Positions 7,793 to 14,634 of a stretch of DNA of 36,932 nt are shown here, piece after piece (the first letter of the stretch is position 1; every line of letters begins with the position of its first letter). A program made the position numbers and the translations under genes. This stretch comes from Phycisphaeraceae bacterium (GTDB lineage: Bacteria > Planctomycetota > Phycisphaerae > Phycisphaerales > UBA1924). The notes beneath the pieces are model-generated. The model was not told where the DNA came from. It was given only the letters and a program-made list of their open reading frames with translations, and did not search any database. The stretch lies in the NCBI GenBank assembly GCA_009827205.1, contig WUAK01000001.1, positions 1 through 36,932 of the forward strand. The letters are read 5' to 3'.

Positions 7793-7830
7793 ACGCTCAC
7801 ACCGCGAGTAAGCCGCCCTACCCTCCCCGC

Positions 7831-8274
7831 ATGAAACACCTCACCAAACGCCTCGCCCCGATCGTTCTTCTCTCTTCGTTCACCCTCGCCTCGCAGGGCT
7901 GCATCATCTGGGACGCCTACGACCAGGTCGAGCTGGCCAACCAGCAGCTGGGCGAGATCAACAGCAACCTCGTCGACATCGACAACAACCTCGGCAAGAT
8001 CGACGCCAAGCTCGCGTCCATCGACGAGAACCTCGACTCGGTCGACAACAGACTGGGCGAGCTGCAGGTCACACTCGACGCCGTCAGCGTCTCGCTCGAA
8101 TCGCTCCGCAAGACGATCAACAACATCGACTCGACCATCCCCTTCCTCAGCCTCTCGGGCGATGACGAGGAAACCAAGCAGGAACTCGAAGGCGGCACCG
8201 AGGGCGAGTCAGAGACCGACATCAACATCGACAGCGACCCGACACTCGTGCCGGACGAGAACGACGAGGGGTGA
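7831..8274 (+). CDS. Probable lipoprotein with an Lpp-like heptad coiled coil and an acidic C-terminal tail
   Basis: MKHLTKRLAPIVLLSSFTLASQGC is a signal with a Cys, but the lipobox is imperfect. Nine consecutive L-x-x-[IV]-D-x-N heptads follow. The tail is DDEETKQELEGGTEGESETDINIDSDPTLVPDENDEG. Confidence 0.75.
   Translation: MKHLTKRLAPIVLLSSFTLASQGCIIWDAYDQVELANQQLGEINSNLVDIDNNLGKIDAKLASIDENLDSVDNRLGELQVTLDAVSVSLESLRKTINNIDSTIPFLSLSGDDEETKQELEGGTEGESETDINIDSDPTLVPDENDEG
7948..8136 (+). repeat. Nine 21-nt (heptad) periodic units inside the lipoprotein gene
   Basis: The units read LGEINSN LVDIDNN LGKIDAK LASIDEN LDSVDNR LGELQVT LDAVSVS LESLRKT INNIDST. The nucleotide units are degenerate (ctcg.c...atcgac...aac). 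Confidence 0.8.
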
Positions 8275-9717
8275 TCAGGGGTCGGCGGGTTTGTCGGGAA
8301 CGCCGGGCAACTCGAACACTCCCAGCTCGACACGTCCACCGAGAACTCGGTCCATAAGCCGCCTGTGCTGGCTTGCGTTCGCCTCGTCGTACTCATACGA
8401 GACGCGCACCTCGCCTTCAATAAACCCTTCAAGAACCATGAAACTCTGGAAGGGTTTGTTGTGACCTGCGTAGTCGGTCGTCGTACGGATCTCTTCGCCG
8501 TTCTGCTCGAAGACGAGCATCCCGCCGAGCCCGACCGATGGGTCCATGCTCTGGGTCGTTCTCAATGTGTACATCACGCCGGGGGTTCCATCACCGTCTG
8601 CGGCGTTCCATGCTCGGACGACCTTGAACTCCAGCAGGTCTCGCGGGTCATCGGCGAGCAAGCCGGGCTTAACCACGGGCGGGCCATCGGTCCCATACGG
8701 CACAACCTCGATCGTGAACGGGATCTCGAACGACTTGCTCAATTGACTCAAACGATCCTGATCCTCTTGCGACATGCCCGGTAAGTAAGCGCCGAAGATG
8801 TGCATCACGCACTGCATCTCACCCTTGATCTGTCCGCGATACGTACCAACTTGAGTTGGCATCGAGGGGTGGAACACCATGAGTTGGTCCGGTCTATCTG
8901 GATCTAGACCCGGCACCGAGGGCGTGCGCACGCTCTGAATGATTGGGCCACGTACTGTGACTCGACCCAATACGTCACTCTGCGCAACATCCGTATCCGT
9001 TGCATGCACCTCGGTTGAAATGTCAAGCGGGAACACCACAGCACCCAACGCACCGGCGCGAAAGTTGATCCCCCACGATATCTCTTGCACCTCACCGGGA
9101 TAACACCTGATGACGCCAGATTCCGGGACCCTCAAAACCACGCTTTGAACCACATCATCCCATACCCGCTCGCACTGCTCTATAGAAAACTCACCCCGGC
9201 TAATCGCATGCGTGATCACCCCCCACTGCGAATCAGGGAAGCTGCGCCACGTCTGAGCGTGCCGCCGAAGCGCGATCGACAGCAGCTTGCCTTTGTAGTC
9301 TGCGGGCAACTCACCTGACATGATCCTGCCGATGATCTCATCAGTCGCGATGCTCGCCCGCTGATCATCCAGCAGGTACGCCTCGTGCATCAACATCCAC
9401 CCCGGCTTGTACTCGTTGACCGGAATAAACCCACGCCGGTTCGCGCCGTCAAGCCAGAGCAGCGCCGACGACAACCCGCCGAGCACCAGAAATACAACCA
9501 CCAGCTTCTTCCGGCTCCGGCGCTCCCCCACCACGACCGCACGCCTACGCGAGAGCGAACGCCCACACTCCGGGCACACCTTGGGATCGGTCAGCCCCGC
9601 GAGACTGAACCCGCACCCCCGGCAGTGCGGCTCATCCCCCACCCGCGATCGAACAAACGCCCAGACAATCGCGATTAGCGCCACCAAGCCAAGCAGGATG
9701 CCCAGGTAGAACTCCAC
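8275..9717 (-). CDS. Membrane protein: TM helix, CxxC...CxxC zinc ribbon, TM helix, then a roughly 390-aa domain of unknown function
   Basis: ORF 8275..9717 has a GTG start. The N-terminus is MEFYLGILLGLVALIAIVWAF, the zinc ribbon is HCRGCGFSLAGLTDPKVCPECGRSL, and the second TM is KKLVVVFLVLGGLSSALLWL. Confidence 0.75.
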   Translation of the reverse strand: MEFYLGILLGLVALIAIVWAFVRSRVGDEPHCRGCGFSLAGLTDPKVCPECGRSLSRRRAVVVGERRSRKKLVVVFLVLGGLSSALLWLDGANRRGFIPVNEYKPGWMLMHEAYLLDDQRASIATDEIIGRIMSGELPADYKGKLLSIALRRHAQTWRSFPDSQWGVITHAISRGEFSIEQCERVWDDVVQSVVLRVPESGVIRCYPGEVQEISWGINFRAGALGAVVFPLDISTEVHATDTDVAQSDVLGRVTVRGPIIQSVRTPSVPGLDPDRPDQLMVFHPSMPTQVGTYRGQIKGEMQCVMHIFGAYLPGMSQEDQDRLSQLSKSFEIPFTIEVVPYGTDGPPVVKPGLLADDPRDLLEFKVVRAWNAADGDGTPGVMYTLRTTQSMDPSVGLGGMLVFEQNGEEIRTTTDYAGHNKPFQSFMVLEGFIEGEVRVSYEYDEANASQHRRLMDRVLGGRVELGVFELPGVPDKPADP

Positions 9718-9780
9718 AAGAGCAGCTTATCAGGTATCCTCCAAACCCAGACGACTCATATCCTGCACGGAGCAATCGCC

Positions 9781-9957
9781 ATGCGGATCATCCAGCGCAC
9801 CCTGTTCATCCTTGGTCTCGGCGCGTTCGCAACAGCGCTCGTCTTCGTCAACGACATGAACGGCCAGACCTTCTACCGCGTCGGCATCTCGTGCATGGTC
9901 ACGAGCATCGCCCTCGGCCTCGCCTGGCCCGGCAAACCCGCGAAGAGCGAAAGCTAA
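9781..9957 (+). CDS. Small two-TM membrane protein (58 aa), absent from the ORF track
   Basis: My own translation is MRIIQRTLFILGLGAFATALVFVNDMNGQTFYRVGISCMVTSIALGLAWPGKPAKSES*. GGAG lies 9 nt upstream, and third-codon positions are G/C-rich like neighbouring genes. Confidence 0.45.
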   Translation: MRIIQRTLFILGLGAFATALVFVNDMNGQTFYRVGISCMVTSIALGLAWPGKPAKSES

Positions 9958-9972
9958 ACGAGATCAATCCGG

Positions 9973-10353
9973 CTAAGCACAGTCCGGGCACGTGCCCCAG
10001 AGCGTCAGCTCATGGCCCGCAAGCGTGAACCCTTCGGGCAGCATCCGGTTCAACCCGCCCGGGCATCCCTGCACATCGAACACCCGGTCGCACCGGTCAC
10101 AATGGAAATGATGATGGTGCTTCTTCGCGACCGACGCGAGCTCGTACCGGTCGGGCTGGCGTGGAACCGCGACCGAGGCGATCTCTCCCTCCTCCAGGAG
10201 TCGATCGACAACCCGGTACACGGTCCGCACACCAAGGCTCGGCACGTCCTCGGTCGCGAGCCGATGGATCTCATCAACAGAAAGAGGACGACCCGATGAC
10301 TTCAACGCATCGCGGATCGCCCTCTGCTGTGCTGTGTCACGCCGCTGGACCAT
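9973..10353 (-). CDS. Fur-family metalloregulator (Fur/Zur/PerR type)
   Basis: ORF 9973..10425 with a likely start at ATG 10353 (MVQRRDTAQQRAIRDAL...). It has a winged-helix N-terminus, an HHHHFHCDRCDRVFDV motif and a C-terminal CPDC. Confidence 0.85.
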   Translation of the reverse strand: MVQRRDTAQQRAIRDALKSSGRPLSVDEIHRLATEDVPSLGVRTVYRVVDRLLEEGEIASVAVPRQPDRYELASVAKKHHHHFHCDRCDRVFDVQGCPGGLNRMLPEGFTLAGHELTLWGTCPDCA

Positions 10354-10378
10354 GTGATCCAATCGTATGTCGGACCGA

Positions 10379-10591
10379 TCAGGCCCGCGCAGGCACTTGC
10401 TTACTGAGCCCGATCCTGCGGCCAAGCTTGTAGGCCACGATGAAAGTCGCTGCCGCCAGCAGGGCCGCGCCGATCACGGGCGCCCCGATGCCGGTGCCGG
10501 CGAGCGTCAGGCTCGCACACTCGGTGCACACCGAGGCGGCTTCAACACCAATGACGTTCGAGGAAAGACAGTTCGAGCAGTGTGCGGACAT
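10379..10591 (-). CDS. Small zinc-ribbon protein with a C-terminal TM anchor (70 aa), 25 nt upstream of the Fur-family gene
   Basis: MSAHCSNCLSSNVIGVEAASVCTECAS carries CxxC-x14-CxxC. The hydrophobic stretch GIGAPVIGAALLAAATFIVAY follows. A strong AAGGAG lies 5 nt before the ATG, and third-codon positions are G/C-rich. Confidence 0.65.
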   Translation of the reverse strand: MSAHCSNCLSSNVIGVEAASVCTECASLTLAGTGIGAPVIGAALLAAATFIVAYKLGRRIGLSKQVPARA

Positions 10592-10613
10592 GGCGGCTCC
10601 TTATTGACAACCA

Positions 10614-10650
10614 GATGACAATATCATAATCGGCCCGAACGCGGTGTCAA
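10614..10650 (-). promoter_or_regulatory. Sigma70-like promoter with an overlapping Fur-box-like AT-rich imperfect palindrome
   Basis: On the minus strand, TTGACA (10650-10645) is followed by a 16-nt spacer and TATGAT (10628-10623). GATTATGATATTGTCATC (10631-10614) overlaps the -10 and contains two GATAAT-like hexamers. The site is about 25-35 nt upstream of the AAGGAG/ATG of the small Zn-ribbon gene. Confidence 0.5.
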
Positions 10651-10735
10651 CTTCACCGCTGTCCGATTGCCAATTCCGATACCGATGGCTTTGGTCTGGA
10701 TTCAATACTCAGCCGATGAAACTACAGAGAGTCAA

Positions 10736-11908
10736 TCACCTTCTGCGGCGCAGCCCACCGAGTGCTAGCAAAGCAGCCGGAATCACGGTTCCGGGAGATG
10801 GGATAACCACAACAAACGCCCGTCTGTTGCCATCGGGGTCAAAGCCATCGCCTGCGATGACTGTTCCGTCAGCAGAAACCGATGTGGCCTCCAACAGATG
10901 CCAGTCGACCAACTCCAGCATCCCGTATTCGTCGATCAAGTGAGTGCGGAGATTCTGGATGCCATCTTCCTCGGTCCAGATGACAGCCTGATTGTCGAAG
11001 AAGCTGAAGTCACTCGTGTCTGCGTATCCAACGATCACGCTCCCGTCGTCGCTGATTGAACGCATGAAGCTGTCATGAGGCCTGCGGAGATACCCGAGAA
11101 GTTCATCCCCGGTTTCCTCGCTCCACCTGAACATCTGGGCCACGCCATCATCGTTCTCGTAGTTGGTCCCGATGACCCACTTACCGTTGCGTGAGATTCC
11201 TGTTGCCATTCCTCGCTCAAACGAAGTGATGCGAGTCATTCCCTCGCTCTCGGTCCACATGAATGGCTGGCTTACACCGTAGACCGAAGTTGAACTCCCC
11301 CCAACGGCGGTAGATCCATCCGCGGAAACACCTGACACGCTGCTCCCTTCCAAGATGCCGTTCGTACCAAGGAACCCAAGGTCCACGTTGGTCCCGTCGG
11401 CTTTATAGATCGCTGCGCTCAGCACAACGCCATCATCAGACTCCACTCGGTTGAGTCCAAACATAGTGCTGCCGTCACCGCTGACTCCGTTTGCAACAAA
11501 GCGAGGCTGAAGAGGGTCGTTATCGAGAAGTGTAAATCCGTCCGGCTCGCTATATCTGTACGCTCCGGACAATGAACCGATCCGATAGCCACCCGTGACA
11601 ACCTGCCCGTCGTCGGAGAAATCAGTTGCGATCATCGTGTCTACCGACGGATGCCACGGCAGGAACTCCATGCCGCCCGTGCGTGACCACCGAAAGTTCT
11701 TGACCGGCGGGTGACCTCCAAAGTACGGAAGCTCGTATGAGTTCCCAAGAAGCGTCTGCCCATCAGCACTCAGCGTCACACCTCGAGTAACAAGATCTGG
11801 ATCCGCTGCATCGTTGATCTCATAAAAAATCTGAGCTGATGACTCAGACACCAGACCGAGAAGAGCGACCCACACCGAAACAAAGACTCGCGATCGACAT
11901 AGGCACAT
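10736..11908 (-). CDS. Secreted HAF-type extracellular repeat protein with a PEP-CTERM-like C-terminal sorting tail
   Basis: ORF 10736..11998 with a likely start at ATG 11908 (MCLCRSRVFVSVWVALLGLVSESSAQ); GAGGAG lies 9 nt upstream. About seven [AS]-x-[GS]-[VI]-S-x-DG-x-x-[VI]-x-G repeats are present. The tail is VIPSPGTVIPAALLALGGLRRRR*. Confidence 0.8.
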   Translation of the reverse strand: MCLCRSRVFVSVWVALLGLVSESSAQIFYEINDAADPDLVTRGVTLSADGQTLLGNSYELPYFGGHPPVKNFRWSRTGGMEFLPWHPSVDTMIATDFSDDGQVVTGGYRIGSLSGAYRYSEPDGFTLLDNDPLQPRFVANGVSGDGSTMFGLNRVESDDGVVLSAAIYKADGTNVDLGFLGTNGILEGSSVSGVSADGSTAVGGSSTSVYGVSQPFMWTESEGMTRITSFERGMATGISRNGKWVIGTNYENDDGVAQMFRWSEETGDELLGYLRRPHDSFMRSISDDGSVIVGYADTSDFSFFDNQAVIWTEEDGIQNLRTHLIDEYGMLELVDWHLLEATSVSADGTVIAGDGFDPDGNRRAFVVVIPSPGTVIPAALLALGGLRRRR

Positions 11909-12167
11909 TTCACGTACTCCTCTGTGATCATTGAGAGTACTTCCAGGGATCCTTGTCCGCAATCCTCTGAGCGTGATCTGAATATTCAAGGGCTCCAAAC
12001 GAGTCCCTCGCGGCCAGATCGCCTCACTTCTGAGACAGCCTCGCCACCTGCAGCTCCAGACGCTAGAGCTCCCTCACGATCGTGTTCTTCTGGAGCTCCA
12101 TCCAGTACCAGATCTTGATGGCTATGACTGGCAAGCAGCTCACCAGCGAGCGTTCATCACCCGCCTG

Positions 12168-12196
12168 AGCCGAGAGCACGAGCCGAGAGCACGAGC
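12168..12196. repeat. 13-nt tandem duplication (AGCCGAGAGCACG x 2.2) in an apparently non-coding region
   Basis: Read directly from the sequence: agccgagagcacg agccgagagcacg agc. Confidence 0.9.
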
Positions 12197-12479
12197 ATCT
12201 CGTGAGCAACCTGACCGACGCCTCGCTTCAAGAACACCTCCTATTCCCAGTCGCTCCCCAGGCGCGACCGGTTCAAGGGCCACTCATATTTTCGGCTCTC
12301 GGACCTTCGCACGTCCGGATAGAACCACCCACCCTGTCAAGCCTGTGAACTTCTAACACCAGTTCCGTCACCGCTTCAGAGGTTTCCCTCAAGCACCTCG
12401 CAATCTCACACAGCGAGATGCATCTTGCTTCCAGACAGGAGTTTGCGCTCCTCATTGGAAACGAGTTGGGAATCGAGAC

Positions 12480-12818
12480 ATGGCTTCACTAGAACTCCGA
12501 GAGTGTGACATCGAGATCGTCGATCGCGTCCGGTACCACAAGAAGACCCGCAGAGCGGTACACGTGCTCAAGGAGCACAACGCAACCTGCAGGACCAACG
12601 CGGTCCGCTCAAGCGAGGTCGGGCTGGTCACCTCGCCCTGGACATGGTGGCTCACACGCCGGGGCGTGATCCGCAGAACCGGTTCGGGCAAGTACTGGCT
12701 CGACACCGCGAGGCAGGACCAGCTCGCAGCCGGCGCACCCATCCGCATGGCGTTCTACCTCGCCGTCGCGGGCGTCTTCAGCGGCGCATCGATGGCCATG
12801 GCAGCAGCCGGCTTCTAA
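12480..12818 (+). CDS. Hypothetical protein (112 aa) with a C-terminal hydrophobic segment
   Basis: The ORF is in the track. It ends ...IRMAFYLAVAGVFSGASMAMAAAGF and is followed by a good intrinsic terminator. I see no clear RBS or recognisable motif. Confidence 0.45.
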   Translation: MASLELRECDIEIVDRVRYHKKTRRAVHVLKEHNATCRTNAVRSSEVGLVTSPWTWWLTRRGVIRRTGSGKYWLDTARQDQLAAGAPIRMAFYLAVAGVFSGASMAMAAAGF

Positions 12819-12861
12819 GACCGCTCGCACCTCATACAAACACACCCGATCGAACCGCAAC

Positions 12862-12887
12862 AAGGCCCCACGGGGCCTTTCTTCGTT
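12862..12887 (+). terminator. Rho-independent terminator
   Basis: AAGGCCC-CACG-GGGCCTT stem-loop followed by TCTTCGTT, about 44 nt after the stop at 12818. Confidence 0.6.
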
Positions 12888-12957
12888 GGCCCCCTTGCCA
12901 ACACACCTGTACACCATCCCCCACACCTGCCCACTCCGCCCCACCTATCCTCTATAC

Positions 12958-13875
12958 ATGCCAAAGCGCGCACGCATCACCGACGTCAGCCCCCGTGACG
13001 GCCTCCAGAACGAACCGCTCCGCGCCGACGGCTCAGCCATCCCAACCGCCGACAAGGCACGCCTCATCAACGCCCTCACCAGCACGGGCGTCGACGAGGT
13101 CGAGATCACCAGCTTCGTCAGCCCCAAGTGGATCCCCCAGCTGGGCGACGCCCGCGAGCTCTGCGAGATGCTCCGGGGCTCCCGCCCGAAGAACGTCTCC
13201 TTCAGCGCACTCGTCCCAAACGAGAAGGGCATGCGTTCGCTCCTCGAGGTCTACGAGACACCGGGTGAGAGACTGATCGACAAGGTCAGCGTCTTCACCG
13301 CCGCCAGCGAGACGTTCAGCAAGAAGAACACAAACGCGTCGATCGCAGAAACGCTCGAGCGTTTCAAACCCGTCATCGAGCTCGCGCAGGAACGCGGGCT
13401 CAAGGTGCGGGGCTACGTGTCCTGCGTCATCGAGTGCCCCTTCGAGGGCATCATCATGCCCGAAGCCGTCGCGGATGTCTCCAAGAAACTGCTCGAGCTT
13501 GGAGCAGACGAGATCGACCTTGGCGACACGATCGGCGCGGGCTGCACCGAGACCATGGCAGCCATGCTCGCGTGCGTCACGAGCCAGGTCGACCCGGACA
13601 AGATCGTCCTTCACCTGCACGACACGTTCGGGCGAGCCTCTGAGTGCGTCAGAGCGGCGCTCGCGCTCGGTGTGACCTCCTTCGACGGATCCGCCGCGGG
13701 CCTGGGCGGCTGCCCCTACGCCTCGACCGAAACCAAGCGCGCACCGGGCAACATCGCGACCGACACACTCGTCCGCGTCATCCAGGCGCAGGGCTTCGAG
13801 ACAAACGTCGACCTCGACAAGCTCGCAAAGGCATCGTCCATCGCGCAGGGACTCACCCAGGCGGTGCCCTCGTGA
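12958..13875 (+). CDS. Hydroxymethylglutaryl-CoA lyase (HMGL family)
   Basis: ORF 12886..13875 with the start at ATG 12958 (MPKRARITDVSPRDGLQNE...). Supporting motifs are DEIDLGDTIG, LHLHDTFG and the GLGGCPYA signature. Confidence 0.9.
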   Translation: MPKRARITDVSPRDGLQNEPLRADGSAIPTADKARLINALTSTGVDEVEITSFVSPKWIPQLGDARELCEMLRGSRPKNVSFSALVPNEKGMRSLLEVYETPGERLIDKVSVFTAASETFSKKNTNASIAETLERFKPVIELAQERGLKVRGYVSCVIECPFEGIIMPEAVADVSKKLLELGADEIDLGDTIGAGCTETMAAMLACVTSQVDPDKIVLHLHDTFGRASECVRAALALGVTSFDGSAAGLGGCPYASTETKRAPGNIATDTLVRVIQAQGFETNVDLDKLAKASSIAQGLTQAVPS

Positions 13876-14621
13876 TCACGCTCGAGACGCACACCATCGA
13901 TGGACGCTCCATCGCGATGATCGCCCTCGATCGCCCCGACAAACGCAACGCGCTCACGCCCGAGATGCTGGTCGAACTCAACACCGCCGCCAAAGCAGCC
14001 AGTACTGACCACGACGCGATCGTCCTGACGGGCAAGGGCAAGGCTTTCTGCGCGGGCTTCGATCTCGCGCTCTGTCAGACAACGCCCGACGGCTCGATCA
14101 TGCGCAAGCTCCTCACTGGCCTCAGCGCCGCGTGCAACACGCTCAGGCTCAGCGAGCGACCCGTCGTCATCGCTGCGCAGGGCGCCGCCATCGCGGGCGG
14201 GTGCGCCATCCTGGGCGGCGCCGACATCGTGGTCAGCAACACGAACGCCAAGCTCGGCTACCCGGTGACCAAGATCGGTGTCAGCCCCGCGGTCTCGGCG
14301 CCCTACATGACCCAGTCGGTCACGCACGGCTCCGCTCGCGAGCGGCTCATCCTCCCAACCCTCTTCTCGGGCACAACAGCGCACAAACTCGGGCTCGTCC
14401 ACGAACTCACCGAAGAACCAGACGATGTCCAGCCCCGCGCACTCGAGATCGCCGCCAAGCTCGCAGGCAAACCGCCCCACGCGTACGCCGCGACCAAGGG
14501 ACTCATCACAAAGCTCGAAGGCGACCAGCGCGAAACCAGAATCAAGCAGGGACTCGAAACATCCCTCGGACTCACCGGCAAAGACGAGGAACAACGCCTG
14601 CTGGGCGCGCTTACTTTCTAA
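13872..14621 (+). CDS. Enoyl-CoA hydratase/isomerase (crotonase) family protein
   Basis: The GTG start at 13872 overlaps the lyase stop (GTGA). Motifs are LDRPDKRNAL, GKGKAFCAGFDL and GAAIAGGCAILGGADIVV. Confidence 0.85.
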   Translation: MITLETHTIDGRSIAMIALDRPDKRNALTPEMLVELNTAAKAASTDHDAIVLTGKGKAFCAGFDLALCQTTPDGSIMRKLLTGLSAACNTLRLSERPVVIAAQGAAIAGGCAILGGADIVVSNTNAKLGYPVTKIGVSPAVSAPYMTQSVTHGSARERLILPTLFSGTTAHKLGLVHELTEEPDDVQPRALEIAAKLAGKPPHAYAATKGLITKLEGDQRETRIKQGLETSLGLTGKDEEQRLLGALTF

Positions 14622-14634
14622 CACGGATGACACC

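Noticed and set aside
8272-8277. TGATCA double-stop palindrome (also at 34701-34706) as a special signal
   Set aside because: TGATCA occurs at several other unrelated positions (for example around 9222, 13873, 27950 and 36747). Two TGA stops meeting head-on generate it automatically.
10604-10630. Plus-strand TTGACA-N15-CATAAT promoter-like element in the same intergenic region as the Fur-operon promoter
   Set aside because: The spacer is short and the element points into the 3' end of the convergent HAF-repeat gene, with no plus-strand gene to serve. It is probably a by-product of the AT-rich palindromic operator.
12273-12455. 60-aa minus-strand ORF in the long non-coding gap
   Set aside because: Third-codon positions show only a weak G/C bias (about 60% by my count, against clearly higher values in neighbouring genes). 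I see no RBS or recognisable motif. It is kept only as part of the unexplained-region finding.
12952-12960. TATACA directly abutting the ATG of HMG-CoA lyase (and at about 19038-19047 before the third crotonase) as a -10 element for leaderless mRNAs
   Set aside because: A -10 touching the ATG would place the transcription start inside the ORF. For the lyase there is no alternative start before the conserved ITDVSPRDGLQNE motif. For the crotonase it only adds uncertainty about which ATG is used.
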